Below, piece after piece: positions 29,694 through 45,810 of a stretch of 64,000 nt of DNA. Source of the DNA: the human T2T-CHM13v2.0 reference genome, Homo sapiens. The position numbers were made by a program, and so were the translations under genes. Positions within the stretch are counted from its first letter, which is position 1, and each line of letters starts with the position of its first letter. The DNA is taken from assembly GCF_009914755.1 (NCBI RefSeq), contig NC_060927.1, one strand, 5' to 3'. The notes under the pieces were generated by a model. It was not told the DNA's origin. It was given only the letters and a program-made list of their open reading frames with translations, and made no database searches.

Positions 29694-30328
29694 GCTCTTG
29701 CCAGTGGGCAGGCTGAGCTAGGAGGATGTGAGACCACTGATGTAGGCAGCTGTGTGCTCAAGAGCTTGCTGGGGGAATGAAACCAAGTAGAGCCAGGAGA
29801 TATAATAGAGAAGACAGACTGAGCCCTGAGGCCACCACTGGGTCCCCTGTCCCTCCCTTCACTGAGACAGCTGCACTCCCAGTCTTCTCGTTCTAGGAGC
29901 CAGTGACTTTCCTTTTTCTGTATGTAGAGTTTGGGTTTTTTTTTTTTTTAATTGTTGTTGTTTGTTTCTAGAATTTCAACTTGGATACTTTCATAGACTA
30001 AAAATACAGTGCCATAAGGGATTGTAAGCCACAGGTGCCCTACTAATAAGATCTAGTGTTTACTGAGTGCCTACTATATGCTGAACTCTGTATGAAGCAC
30101 TCTGTCTACATTATCTTATTAAGTCCTCACAGTCACTCTGCATGGTATAAATGAAGAAATTATTGACTCAATTCTTTATCTTCCATGAGGTTGTTATAAT
30201 TATCTTACTACACATATGCACTACAATGTGAGTACAAAGATGTTTACTATAGTAATGTTGAAAACATAAAATACTGAAAATTTAAACTTTCACTAGTAGG
30301 GGACTGGTCAAAGTTCAAATTGATGTTG

Positions 30329-30330
<2 letters not shown>

Positions 30331-30407
<77 letters not shown>
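30331..30407. repeat. Compound (TA)n(CA)n microsatellite
   Basis: Directly visible. Confidence 0.95.
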
Positions 30408-30409
<2 letters not shown>

Positions 30410-33400
30410 GCCTTACAGGGTATTTGTTTATTCACAGACTCAAATAAGAATGGAAGAAATTCAGACAATTAAGTTTAATACCCATATGTAATTAAGCTTG
30501 GCAAAATACAGAGATCATTGAAACACATTTTAATTGAATACAAGTTTTATAAAACGCTACAAATCTTCCAAGTGCTCATACAGAAAAAGTCCAAATTTAG
30601 GTGTCCCTGGGGTCACATTTCTTTGCTGAGCTTTCCCAGAAATGAATGTAGCCACCACTGCTTGGGGAATATGGCTCCTAACCTGTGTCTTAGCACACGC
30701 TGCTCCCCCAATCCTGGGCCATAGCTTTGCATTGAGTGCAAAGAACTGTAGGTGTGACTGCGAGGTGATGGTTTGATGCAGACGAGTGCGCTGGCACCCA
30801 CAGCACTGGTCAGCATCACATTCCCCCTGGGTGTTGGCTATCAATACGTACCTCTTCTGAGCTGAGGCATCCTCAGAGCTGGCACTGTGTTTGTAATGAA
30901 TTGAAACTGACTTCAGTCTACCCTGGCACACTGCAGCCACTGAAAGCATTCTTCCTCCAAGAAACGCATTTGAATCAAGTCAAGATTTTCATGAAGTTCA
31001 TAAAGGATACATGGAGACCTTTGGAAATTTCAGAAAGACGTGAAGGGTGAGGCCTACTGTGTACACACACTGCCATGCCATGCAGAAACACAACACAGGC
31101 GTCCTGTCCATGCAGCACTGGGCTTCAGCTTTTCCCAGGCTTTCAGGGGTTCGCAAAGCTTAGTTCCCTGAGATGCACTGACAAGTCCACATGACCTCAC
31201 AAGAAGGACGATGAGCTCACATAATACGTCTCCTCTTGGAGCTGGCCTTGTTCACAGGCATGGTAATCATCATGTCCCTCCCTCTCAGCAGTTACTTGGA
31301 AATGTGCACTGCTTAGGTGGAGGGGCTGTTCCACTTTAGGTATTTCCCAATTGTAGAGAATCACCAATTCTGAGCTCATCACCATCATCCTGCATGAAAT
31401 AATTAGTGCTTTTGCCATTGAAATGAGGATGTAGCTAATCTGACTACCTGGATGAAATAATGTTCATTGTTCACATCCAGGAGATCTATCTTTTCTCTAA
31501 TTTGGCACTGGCATTAAACAGCTGCTACCTTCAGACACATCAATTTGTTACACACACGTAAAGGACAAACGGGGAATAGCTCAGATGCCATTCTATCAGT
31601 GTCTGTACTGTCTCCCCCAAATTGCAAACAGCTGGGCCTGCCTCCTTCCTACCAGCTTTCTTCAGCCATTCTGTTTTCTTCTTTGAGAAATACCATGTCA
31701 CTGCTTCCCACGGGAATTAAATGACAGTCTGATTTACAGGAACCTAGGCTTGGTGGTAGCCATGTCACAAGATATGTGCCTTACCTACAAGATATATTGG
31801 CTCTGCACTGCCCTAACATCCCTGAGAGATTTGCCCCAAAGAGGCTGTAAAAGTCAGCCAAGGGAGTTCTCAGACTAAATGGGAATATGAGAGACTCATC
31901 CCAGGTTGAGGTTAGGGTTGGGTGTGTGTGTGTTGTCAGGAGGAATTAGATCAAGAGGAAGTGTCCAGATTTACATCAGATAATCTTGTGGTGTAATATC
32001 CAAATCAGCGGGGAGGACAGGTGTGGGCACCCTTTGAGCCTCTGAAAAATGGGCTTCTGCACTTTGGGTTTGGAGCACAGTAGTAGTGGGACCACAGAAC
32101 CCCATGAGCTTATCTGGAAGTCTCACTGAGGAGTTGGGCATCAGAATAGGGTGGACATGGCTGTTGGGACCCTGCTCGTCATTTAGGCTGATAGGAGCCA
32201 CATCTCTGTTTTAGGAGAAAGCAGGCAATCCTGTGTCTGTTTACTGACAGAACTGAAAATGAAAGAGGCTCTACAGAACACTCTTACCTTTAATGCCTTA
32301 ATTTTAATTTTCCAGTGAGCTCGAGCTACCTGACAGCCACAGTGCAAAGTGACCTATTAAAGTGAAGTCCATTTGAGGATACCTGCACTGTAGCAGCACA
32401 CCAGAATTCTGTGCTGCGTGTGAACAGGGCAGCAAGGAGCAGCAGACACCATCTTTTGGGTGTCTCCTCTGCTCACAGGCATGCTCCATTGCTCCACTGG
32501 ATTTCACGTACAAATCACAGATTCAAAAAATACAATTATAAAGAATTTCAGGACAGTGGTAACAAAGCATTAAACCAAACACTGAGTCCTTCTGAAAATG
32601 GGACTCTGGGCCACTGCATATGTCACATCCCCTGGAAACCAGCCCTGCACGGAATCTTAGCTTTGCACACGAACCTAAGTCTCTGCACCCACCTGCATGC
32701 TGTAGTTTATCAGGGACGTAGAGAGCTGGGCCCTGGGCGCTGTGAAGGGGCCCTATTGCACAGGGACTCAGCACTTTGAAACCCACTCTGCTGTCTTGAC
32801 CTTTCTAGTGTCCTCGGCCTACATGTAAAATAAGAATGTAATAGTACCTTTCTTTTAGGGGTGTTAGGAGGATCAAACAAAGTAATGTACAAAAAGCACG
32901 TGATGCCTAGCATACAGTTGTCACTTTGCCAGTATTGGCTGCCCTTGGAGGGCTTGGTGACGTGACTTCTGAAGCCTTCCCATGGTGGAGTTGCTGCAAC
33001 AACCTTTGTCCACTCCTAACGGGTACGAAATTCATGTCTGCAGTACTCGAATGACCCTGATGGGTGTCATTGATAGATGGCTATTAGCCTCCCCTCCAAA
33101 TAGCGGCTGTACTCCCAGCCAGGACCACCAGCTCTCAAGGGCTTGTTTTGTCCGCTGATGTCCATTTGACACCTTGCTCTTAACAGGAAGGACTCAAACA
33201 TTTATTATAATTACATAGACAGGAAAAAAAACATGATTGCTGTGATCACAGAGAGTCATCAGTATGATTCAACTAAACTGAATACTGGTGAAGGAGAGGC
33301 TTATTTCACCAGGATCCTCTGCTGGCCTCAACGTTGTGGCTGTTTGTCAGAGATAAGCGGATGTGGCCGTGCTGCTGGCATTTGGCACAGGGAGTGGTGG

Positions 33401-34226
33401 CGCCAGCGTGGGCTCATCTCCCCAGGCATTAAGCTGCACTAATTGCTTTGGAAGCGAGGCTTTTTCCTGGGCAGCAGCATATGCTGCGTGAGTCGCTTGA
33501 AGCAAAGATAAAGAGCCACCCTCCTCCTTTATTGAGGTTTAATAATAAAATGGAACTGTCACCATTTCCAATAAATGGTTTATTTTAATTGAGAAAAATA
33601 ATGAGAACTGGCCACCTTTTGGTACACGGCTGTTCAGCGTCTCCCTGACTTGGGCGATCTGGAGCCTTCTGTTCTGTAGCTGTGCCCTTGAGGCACTCGG
33701 GTCCTGGGGTCAGTGAAGTCAGCTACGTGTCTCTATCCATTTGAGAAAACCTGGCCCTCGAAAGGCAAAATAATTCCTTTTCCAAGGTCTATTAGATTAT
33801 AAAGTTGCAACCCAGGAAGTGGGCATAGAAAGCGTTGGAGATGTAGTCTGTTTTAATTTTCACATGTTGAAGACGGTCCTTTCTTTTAGTGAATATGAAA
33901 TGAAAGTCTCACTTTTTTTTCTGTCACCAAAATTCTTTCAGATGACTTCTTTTTTCGGGTCCCCCAGGGAGAAGTCAACCCAGTACCACCAAGTATCAGA
34001 GAGAAATGAAGGCACAGATAAGGCAGTGTCTTACTCAGGCTTGTAGAGAGGGCGAATGTCAGAACAGGAATTGGAAGGAAGTCCTGCCTGCTGTTCTGAG
34101 GCACTGATGCTCTCACTACCCCACCCACTACTCAGGTGCTTTCCCATCCTCATTTCACAGCAGGCAAAATTGAAGCCAGAGAACTAAAGCCACTTGTCTC
34201 AGGGGTTCAGTTGGTAAATGGTATAA

Positions 34227-34567
<341 letters not shown>

Positions 34568-35657
34568 AGTTTTTGGTTTTTTTTTTTTAAAATCAGAGTT
34601 CATAGGGCCTGTATACCAATTGCCTCCACACAATAACAATGATATGATGGCATTAAACATAACAATTTCTGGATCTTACAACGACCACAACTGGGAGTAG
34701 AGAAAAATAAATCTGTAGTGATGCAGAGGATGCAGGGCAGTCAGCCAGCCCCTTCCTTTGCTTCCAGACACTACCCTTGGGGTGTACATGGTTAGGATTG
34801 ATCATCAGCAAAATCACAAATCCTCCGTGCCATGGGTCGTCAAAGCACTGGCTGTTAAAGCCTCGAGCACCAAAAGCCTGCTGTGTATAAAGTGCTGTAT
34901 TCAGTCTAGCACAGGCGCGGTAAACCGATCGCACCATACGATGGCTGTGATTAAGAAGGGGAGGAGGGGCATAGGGGAGAAGAGGAAGATCATTTTAATG
35001 CAGGGGAAGCTTTCACGAGGTATGGTCTCCGCAGCCAGGGTCATTGGTTTGGTTGTGGTAATCATAAGGGATCTTTTCAATTAAGTGGCCCACATCAGCT
35101 AAAACTGGTTAAGCAGAGGAGCAAAGGTATTGGTTCACTTACCTAAAAGGCCAGGCATGCCCGGATCTAGGGGCTCAAGCCTTGTTGTCCCCATCCTGTC
35201 CTGGCTCCTCCATGTGGGCTTTGCTCTCTGCGGCTGTTACCTTCATTCAGGTGTGCACCTCCCGTGCGGTGGCAGGATGATTGCTGGCAGCCCTAGGCTT
35301 CCTCTCAGCAATCCTCATGGAAAGAGAGAGTCCTTCCTCCCACGTGCCAGCAGAAGTCCAGGGATTGGCTCAATGCCCGTGCACAACTGTGGCCCTTGGG
35401 GTGGAATTCATAGACTAGACAGGTCTGATAAATGGTCCCACTCCTTAATCTGGGAGGGAGGGAGAGAGACATTAGCTTCACTCAAATCATATGAATTATG
35501 GGTTGGTGGGAGAAGGAAAATCAGAAGAAGGGGACTTGATGCTGGGCAGGCAAAACTCACACATGTCCCTGGGTCCAGGTCTTAGACCTTCCTCTGACTC
35601 ACCATTAGTCCATGGCTTGATAGGAAGGAAGGTCCATTTTAACCCCTGTCTCTGGGT

Positions 35658-35873
35658 CAGTGCTGTCCAGTTGCACTTCCTGCAATGATGGCGATGTTCA
35701 TTAATTGGCAGTGTCCAGTGCAGTAGCCACTAGCCACATGTGGCTAATGAGCACTTGAAATGAGGTTAGCACTACTGAGGAACTGTATTTTTAATGTTAG
35801 GTAATTTTATTAATAATTACATTTAAATGTAAATTCTACATGTGGCTCAAGGCTACCTAACTGGACAGAGCAG
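35658..35873. mobile_element. MER3/MER33-like hAT MITE
   Basis: cagtgctgtcca...gtagccactagccacatgtggcta...ctggacagagcag. Confidence 0.75.
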
Positions 35874-36332
35874 CTCTTAGTGGAGGACACATCATGGGAG
35901 GTAGTTCCCTGGGAGACAAGAGCTGGTTTTGTGTAGGAGAGTTGGGCAGAGGGCTAAATGAAGCTCCAAAGACCAGGAGGGTGATCTGGGTCAGGGTGTG
36001 GAGGAGGAGAAGAGGGAGTTGGACATGAGAGAGAGAGAGGAGGGAGAAACAAACACAGAGAGTCCTTTATTGGTGGCATCATTTGGGAGTCCTTAACTTG
36101 AGAAGATAGTTTTTCTGTCTAACATATGGACCAGATATGTACCAGGAAGAAACAAAATCACAACTGACCTTGTTATAAAAGCGAATTAAAGGGAACTCCA
36201 TAACATGTTGTTACATTTGATCTAAATGTCCAACTGTAAAAAAGCAACCATTGCCTGAAGTGCCACATGAGCTACACAGAGATGAAAAGAAAAATTAAAT
36301 GTTGTGCAGGTTGTTTAAAAAAATGCTCTGTA

Positions 36333-36635
36333 GGCTGGGCCCGGTGGCTCATGCCTGTAATCCCAGCACTTTGGGAGGCTGAGGCGGGTGGATCATGAGG
36401 TCAGGAGATCGAGACCATCCTGGCTAACACGGTGAAACCCCGTCTCTATTAAAAATACAAAAAATTAGCCAGGCGTGGTGGCGGGCGCCTGTAGTCCCAG
36501 CTACTCTGGAGGCTGAGGCAGGAGAATGGCGTGAACCCGGGAGGCGGAGCTTCTGGTGAGCCGAGATCGCACCCACTGCACTCCAGCCTGGGCGACAGAG
36601 CGAGACTACTCCGTCTCAAGAAAAAAAAGAAAAAA
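36333..36635 (+). mobile_element. AluY
   Basis: gagatcgagaccatcctggctaacacggtgaaaccccgtctc and gagaatggcgtgaacccgggaggcggagctt; near-TSD aaaaaatgct(c/g)tgt. Confidence 0.95.
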
Positions 36636-38147
36636 ATGCTGTGTTAACATGTGTGACTGAGTGCAATTAAGGCATTTGGCAGAAATGACATCAGGCAAAT
36701 AGAATGAACTTGTAAAGGCAGAGTCTGGCCACAGCTTTGTGAATCTAGGGCTGGTTAATGACCAGCCTCTCAGTGAGCTGTGTGATGGGTGTTTCATCAT
36801 GCTCCGTGTCCCTAGGTGGGTGCAGGAGGGTGTGGGGACCACCATGTGTTGACACTTTCAGAGCCTAAGTCCTCATGGTGGTCACAAGCCTGATTTCCAC
36901 CGGGGGTGGTTGTTGGTGAAGGCAGACTCCCTTCCTGCCCAACTACAGCTGGGACGCCTGGCTTCCTTGGACTTGGTTAATTGCCTGGATTTGTTCACCA
37001 GGCATTCCTGGAGGACCTGCCATGCACTTGGCATCCTGATGGGCCTTGAGAACTGGGCAGAAAGAAAAGAGAGGCACAAAGCTTGGCTCCTGGCCCTGAG
37101 ACTGCCTAGTTCCCTGGCCCTCAGCATTCCTCTCCCCCATCACTCAAGCCATTTGATCATCCCCTGAAGACTTAGCTCCCACCCAGGAGCAGAGATTAAA
37201 GTGAGCATTCTGGAGCCAGACTGCTCAGGTATATGTCAAGCCCATGGCAAGTGCCTGGCATACAAGGTGCTCAAAAAGAAAAAAAAATATTATTTTGCTA
37301 ATTTAGAGAAACAACAGGTATATAGCAGAAAGAAGAAGGGCATTAGAGTAGGTGTAGCTGACCTGGATTGAAACCTGGGCCAGGCAACTAGGTGGTGTGT
37401 GTATTTGGACACAGTTCTCAGTCTATCTGTAAAGTGGGATGATGGAACCTCACATGATTGTCATGAAGACTCAGTTGCACTGTATTTTTTAAGGGCCTAA
37501 CACCAGGCAGGCTTCAATAATGGTGGCTGCTCTGATGGGCCAGAGGGCAAGGAAGGTTGCTATGACAGTGGAGCGGGCCAGGGAAGAGGGTCTTGTGGGT
37601 TGTATATGTGCCCAAGGTGAGCCACCAGTTTTAAATTCAGCCTCGATTCATGTTAGGCCCAGGTGTCATTCAAAGGTTTTTACCATGAAGAACCCACCCA
37701 AACTTTGGCGTTCACACTGGCACCATCTTGCCAGCAAATCTTCTGCCCAGCTCAATGACTGGGGGCTCCTACTGCTTCTGAGGGGACCCAAGGAGAGGCA
37801 GAGCAGCATCTTAAAACAATCAGCATGCCCTAAGATTTGTCTCTACGATCCATTTTGATTCCGTGATCATTTTGGGGGTCCTAAGCAGTGTGGCCAATTA
37901 GACACATCATGAATGGGTTTCACCATCTGAGTGCTGATGGCATGCCTGGGGCGTTGTTGGGTGTTAGGGCGTGGTAAGAGAAAGAAAGCCACTCCTTAGC
38001 AAGGAAATCATGGGTGGATATTTTCCATGAGCTCATTCTTCCTGTTCCTCTCCCTCCTGGTGACTCCCCCTGCCAGTTTCCCCAGCGGACAAAAGTGGGG
38101 ATGCCTTTGGGGAGAAAATAATCCATTTCAATAGAAAAAGCAAGGGG

Positions 38148-38702
<555 letters not shown>

Positions 38703-39776
38703 AGAAAAAGAAAGGGGTTCGGAATGCAGTGACTGGAAAGCAAAGCGAGGCCGTGGTGCCACCATGGGTGTGGGCTTTTGGGTCACTCATACATGCATGT
38801 GTTCCTGGACATGCATTGTGTGCACTGACCTGTTCCTGGGCATGAGCCTGAATTCGCTCTTGCCCCTTTGTTGGGAAGCAGAAACGTGTGGGGTTTCGCA
38901 GTTACTTTCTTTAGTCCCCTTTAATCTCTAGCTAATGCTGAGCTTCTGCAGAGCCAGAAGGGTCTTAGGGCCTACTCTGGAAGAGCCTCACTCCCATTCT
39001 CCTTATTCCCTGGAGCTCTTCTGGATTTCTAGCCTGTGTCTGTCTTGTTATAATCACAGTTTTCATGTTGTGATCCAGTCTTTATCCTTGCTCCTTAGAG
39101 CTATCTACTGAGCCCCTTCTGTGTGTATTACGCATGTGGTAGACATGAAGACAGAGTAATGCCGTATCTTAAGAAATGTCACAGTCTTAGGTGGGGACAG
39201 AGTTTAATTATGCAGTGCTCAGTGAAAGGTGGATCTGAGTACCTGATGGCAGCATGGAGTCACAAAGGAAGCATTCTAGGCTAGTCTTAGAGGCTGGTGC
39301 TCTGAGAATACGTCATGTGGTGGGAAGAGGGTTATGCCCATATGAGATGTGAAAAGTGGGTGGGAGAGGGCGTGGCAGGAGAGCCAGGGAATGGATTGAG
39401 AGTGGGTTCCCAGTGGAGGGGTGCATATGCAGAGTCCTAAATGTGATCAGGAGCGGGAGAGTAGGGGTAGGAGAGGAAAAGAGTCACCAATGATGAAACG
39501 GGAGAGGAAAGTGGCAATTTTAGATGAATTAAATGCTTTTCACCAGAGTTCAACTGATTTTCTTCCTAAACTGTAACTGAAGCTAAACCATGAATATTGA
39601 AGGTAAGTTTTACATTGAGTAAGTTCTTATGTTTTGAATGTAGAAGGAAAAAGTAAATTATGACCGGTTGGATCTGACAATCATTGGTCTTGCCATGGCG
39701 TACATCTAATTCATTCAAGGTTGGTGTTTCACATAACAGGACAGACACTAATGGATTTTCTGCTTTGCTGTTTCAG

Positions 39777-39866
39777 CACTTCAGGGAGCATCTGGACAAA
39801 CTTTTCGCCAAAGGAATTGGAATGTTGGATATAGCTCTGAATGAGGCCTTCAACATTCTGAGTGAT
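39777..39866 (+). CDS. CACNA2D3: CACNA2D3 internal coding exon (probably exon 10), HFREHLDKLFAKGIGMLDIALNEAFNILSD, VWA domain
   Basis: Branch-like CACTAAT 39746-39752, pyrimidine tract + tttcag acceptor, 90-nt stop-free exon, GAT|gtaagt donor; peptide recognised as alpha2delta-3. Exon number from memory. Confidence 0.95.
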
Positions 39867-39940
39867 GTAAGTTCCTCTTTGATTTGCCTTTCTCATCCCT
39901 TGGAGAATAGATGGGTGTTGTTTTAGAAAATTGTGGGCCA

Positions 39941-40317
<377 letters not shown>

Positions 40318-42895
40318 TCATCTAGGGAACCAGATGCCAGCCAGTGAGGTCAAACCAGAGCACAGTGGGGAAGAGAGAATGCTAGGGAATGAGACCATGG
40401 AAGCAGCAGGAGCCAAATTGAGTAGCGTCATAGAGATACTAATGAGGGCTTTGACTGTGGAGTGGAAAGCCATTGGAGGGTCTAGGCAGAGAACTACATG
40501 GTCTTGAACTCAACAGCATTTTTCTGGCTGCTGTATTTAGAAGCAACCCTAGGAGGGCAAGGACAATAACAGGGAGGCCATTAAGTTATCTGGGTAAGAT
40601 AATGGTGACTTGGACTAGGGAGATAGCAGTGAAGATGTTAAGAAGCAGAAAAATAAAAACCACTCTAGGTATTTTAAATAGTAGGAGTTTAATTCGGGCA
40701 ATTGATGGCATAAGGGATGGAAAAGCTGAGAAACCAGAGAATGAAGCAATCCACAGATTAGCATCAGCAGGAGGCATCTCCTCTCTAGGGCAGGGGGTAC
40801 AACAGGCAGGAGGGGTGACATCAGCGCCGAGTCACTGTGGCCATTCAGATGGGCCATTCAGAAGTGTGGAGGAGGCTACCCAAGAAGAACTGTGACTATG
40901 GAGGGAAGGACCTGTCCTGTGGAAGTTGGAACTATGGAGGAGACACAGTCACGGCCAGAAAATGCCTATCCCCTGAGAGCGTAGAGAAATTGCTTAGAAA
41001 GACCTTGATTCTTTCCTTGCTTCCTTTCCCCTTTGTATGATCCTTGTCAAACTGTTGGGGAGCTTGAGAGCTGTGGTTTGCAGGAAGAAGGCATGGGATA
41101 GTCTGAGAACAAACAGGCACTAAATGGAGCAACATCATCTTGAGGTGTCAAGCAGGAGCTGGGAGACCAGCAGAGACTCCCAAGGCCTTGCTGCTGTTGG
41201 TCTGCAGGCAGCTCTGTAGGGCAGGCTGTTGTCATTTTGCAGGTGAGCAAGCAGAAGCCCAGGCAGGTGAGTCATTCACTCCACAGTTCATAACTTGGAT
41301 TGTGGGTTAGTTACACCTGACTCCAAAACTTGACTTTTTACTACTCAGCTATACTGGCCTCTCAAGAAAGGCTAGGCCCTAATTTCCAGACTCTCTTTTA
41401 CCAATAATACCTGTTGCCACGAAGATGACTGTTTAGATCTCAGTCCTGAGCCAGTGTCATGACTGCAGAGGAGAAGAGAAAAATAAGGAGAGAAGGTGCC
41501 AAGTCAACTTCCTCAGTACAAATCCAAAGCCCCGGTCACCTAATGAGCTCCAAGGGGCTGTTGGCTACAGGATGTAAACATTTATGTAAGAGTCCGTGTT
41601 TTGGACAGTACATCTCTGTTGACAGCAAAGTAATAGTTTTAGTGACACAGCCGGCGAGGACAGAGGACTAGGCTGCTGGGCAGGTGCCTTCTTAGGGCTT
41701 GGGTCTCTGCATCTCAGCAGGCTCTTTCCAGGTGGTGATATTGAAAAGACCTGTTACAGTTTGAAAATTCCCTCTCGTTTTATCTCAAAAACCTAGTGGC
41801 CAGAGCAGGGGGAGACTTCTCTGAGCTGTGGAGTCCCTTGTTTGGAAGTCTTCCCTGCAGTGAATTTCTCTTTCCCTGTTCTCTGGCCTAAGTGGCGAAG
41901 GAGAAAGGGTTAGGAGATTGTTGTATGGTTAAGTCTGTGGCCCCTGGAGTAAGGCAGATTGGGGCTGAGAAGCCTGACTCAGCCAGAGTTTACAGGGTAA
42001 TTCTTGTTCACAGTTATTGAGAATTTTAAGGTAATGGTAGCAAAGCCTTGAACCAAGTGCGGAGCTTTCTTAGTGTAATCTTGTGCAGCTGTGCATGTCA
42101 CACACCCGTGAGGTGGTCCTGGTGGTCCCTTTCTCGTGGGGTTGAGATTCAGCCTGATGAGGCAGGACCTGGCTCCCTTTCAGCAGTGCTGGGCTGGGTG
42201 AGAAGTGCCACCTCTGTGACCACTGAGAACCCAGGTCTCTAGACACAGCTCTCACTACAAATGCTTTGGTTCTCTTTGCCCAAGTCATTAGGAGTGTCTG
42301 CTCCCCTTCCTCTATTTTCTGTTCCTTTCCCTGGTACCCTTTCTCTGTCCATCCCTTCCATCTGTCACCTTTGTTCTCAGACCCTCCTAAGACACTATTT
42401 CCCATAGCATGCGCAGTTTAATGCCGGCCTGCCAAGGTACTCCCACATGGGGGTTGTGGTCAAGGTGAGGAGATGCCATCCTCCTCTTGCAGACTCACAA
42501 GGTACTTGCGCATATCAAAGGCCTTGAGAAGTCCTGCAGTGAACAAACCTTTAAAAATGTGTTTAACCACACTTACTAACCCAGGAACACTTTATATCAT
42601 ACCATCATCTCCGTATTAGCATCTTGTAGAAGTTACAGCTCACCAACCACATTTTGGGGCATAATATTGTATGCTCCAAGAAGGTGTATTCACACTTTCA
42701 CAGGGCCTACTAAGACCCAGAGAAATCACCAACACATGGTGGACTTTTTTATCCTGAATCTTTGTGAGGGAAGCATTTTTGAACAGGAAAACCCTCCATA
42801 CCCCTGTAAAAATACCTCTGGAGTCTGGTCAGTCAGATAACCACATGAGCTGAATATAGATCTTGGAAAGCAAAAAGCCGAATAAATGTTTTTTA

Positions 42896-43246
<351 letters not shown>

Positions 43247-45259
43247 TTACAAAATGTCCCAGCTTGAGATTGGTTGGCGATTAACACTATATTTGTTTGA
43301 GTGCACATTTATCTCATAGGGAGAAACATTTCATATCATCTATTGCCAGTGAGCTTTTAAATAGCTAAACTCTTTGACAAACACAGAGGTGGTTAATCTC
43401 CCATGAAAATGAAGCTTTGTCTATTAATATTTTCTACTTCATCAATATGACCTTTAAGTGATATTATTATCTTCCTGTGTATTATGCCTGCCTTTACAAG
43501 TCAATATGAAATAAAAAGTTATTTCTTGAACACACACATATACACGCACACACACACGTGCTTAAAATTGTGATCGTGGCTGGAGCTTAGAATGGTTCAG
43601 AGGTTACTATAATTGAATGGAGTTTATTCTGTTTTACAGTTACCTGCATTTCAGTTTTGGTATTTGCTCAGATGACTTAAAGGCTTGCAGTTCTTGATAC
43701 AAATGGCTTTGAAAGGAGCATTCAAATAAACTTCTAAGCCCCTTCAAGCTCTTGATCTCTGCTGCATTCATTAGATTCTGTAAGAACACAGAGCAAGTTT
43801 GCTACAGTAGTTAGCATCTACCTTGTCATGTGACAACTGCAATTATCATTTTTGGCGATGAATGTGATCTTTGCAGTGATTACCTTTTAAAATTTTTTCT
43901 TAGCCAATTAAATAAAATTCGGTGACATTTCAAAGACTGTTAATCACAACCAAATGCTCTAAATGTCAGGATGCATTGAAAATTTCACTGCTAACTGATG
44001 AATCACTGAGCTAATTGTAGTTCATCATCAGGCCCTTGTCATTGTTATTATTATGGAAAACACTTTCATCACTCTCGCTATTCAATAAAGAAAAGTTTTA
44101 GACAAATATGAAGAGAAAAGATATTACTCATCAAACCATTTGAATTTAATTGCATTCTTCAAAATTCTACAGCTACAGATTGCAGCAGAGAATACCAGGG
44201 ACTCAGCCAGAGAAGAAAGTACTGTTTTTAAATAAACAGCTCCTGGCAGCTCTTTATTCTAGTCCACATTATTCAGATATCTTCTTTTTTCCTCTCTTTC
44301 TTTCCATGTGTTTGGGAAAATTTTTCCAGGATGTTTTCAGATGAGTTTGTGAACAATGGCCCTAGAGTATTCTGTTTTTTTCCCCTTGAAGCTTCTGTGA
44401 CCTGAAGCATAGATTACTTTTATGCATTGGCTTGTTGCTGAGTTTATTCAATGGTGCGAAGCTGTGTTTAATGCAGTCTCCCCAGAACATCTCCAGAACA
44501 ACCTGTTGAGAAGACCAGGGTACAAGGCTGTTTTTTCTTCTGCAGTAAGGACAGAGTCTTAGCAGCTTCCCAGAGTTGGAAGGACAATGTCCAGATATTT
44601 ATTGAGACTTAAGTTTGGTTGAAGATGGACCCTTTAATGGGAGATGAGGGAGGGGGCTTGGCTAGGATCAGGTAAGAATCCTAATATTTCTGTTGAGGTT
44701 GGTGAACATAGCAAGGGAAAGATTTTGAGGTCAGGGGTTCAGTCTTAGGGTGTAAATTGTCCTTTGATGCTTTCTATTGAAGAATTGATGGGTCTTTCAA
44801 GAAGTTCCTGGAATAAGCAATGAGGTTATTTCCGAGTTTGACCTTCCTGGGCAAGCATTTTCTGGAATAGTAAGTTATATTGATAAAGACAGTAGAATAG
44901 TGGTCGCGTGGAAAGCTTTGTGGTGTGATAGCGGAGTTTCCAGGTGTTTCTACCTACTAACGTGACAGTGTCAGGGGCTGCGTCTGCTCATTAACTCAGT
45001 TGCACATGTGCAGTCGGAGTTGCAGGAGTGGCTGCCAGGGCCAGGACTAAGATGAGGAAAGTGTCTGGGGCACCACATGTAAGGAGCACTCACCCTCAGG
45101 ATCACAGCCCTGGTGACTGCCCTGTGACCCTGAAACCCTAAAAGGGATGGAGGAAGTAGAGGCAGGAGGAGGAGATTAATACTTTTGGAGCCCTACCACC
45201 TATCCATTTGCTTACTGATCTTCCTGAATTACTGAAAGGCCATATTGTGTGCTCAATTG

Positions 45260-45810
45260 GAGAGTAGATTCTAGAGCTTGATGGTCTGGATTCAAATCCC
45301 AGCTATGTCAGATAGTAGCTGTGTGACCTGGGGCAAGTTAGCTAATCTCTCTGTGCCTTAGTTTCCTACCTGTAAAATAAAGATAATGATAGCGTTGGAA
45401 GACTTTTCCTTAGCTCAGCTAAAGACAGGATCCTTGTCACATGGCCACGAAAGTTTAGGCTTGCAGAAGTTTGAAGAGTAAGAAAAATCGGATTTATTGG
45501 GCAAAAAGGGAAAAAAGGGAAACAGGTACTAGTCCTGCTAGTACATGCTTCTTCCCACCTCACAGATTGAATTCCAGGTTCCTCACAGGAAGAGGAGGGA
45601 CCAGGCTCCTCCCCACTGCAAACGACACAAACTTCTATGGCTCCATCCCAGTGCACATTCCTCCCAGTGTACAGGCTGGTTGGAGTTTTGCCAAGGAGTC
45701 CTTCCCACCTGGCTGTCTCAGTAGTACCTACCTCAGAGGCCTGTAAGGATTAAGTAAATTCGTATTAATACACGTAGCCTGGCATATAACAAACATTGAA
45801 CATTTAACCT
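45260..45810 (+). mobile_element. MIR split by an ERV1 solo LTR
   Basis: ggattcaaatcccagct...gctgtgtgacctggggcaagttagctaatctctctgtgccttagtttcc...gataatgatag [LTR] gtagtacctacctcagagg. Confidence 0.75.
45392..45720 (-). mobile_element. ERV1 solo LTR (MER61-like)
   Basis: Minus strand starts tgagacagccaggtgggaagg, has AATAAA (plus tttatt ~45493) and ends ...ctaaggaaaagtcttccaacg. Subfamily by recollection. Confidence 0.65.

Noticed and set aside
39684-39926. 80-aa ORF as a standalone gene
   Set aside because: Only 39777-39866 is bounded by splice sites; the rest is intron read in frame.
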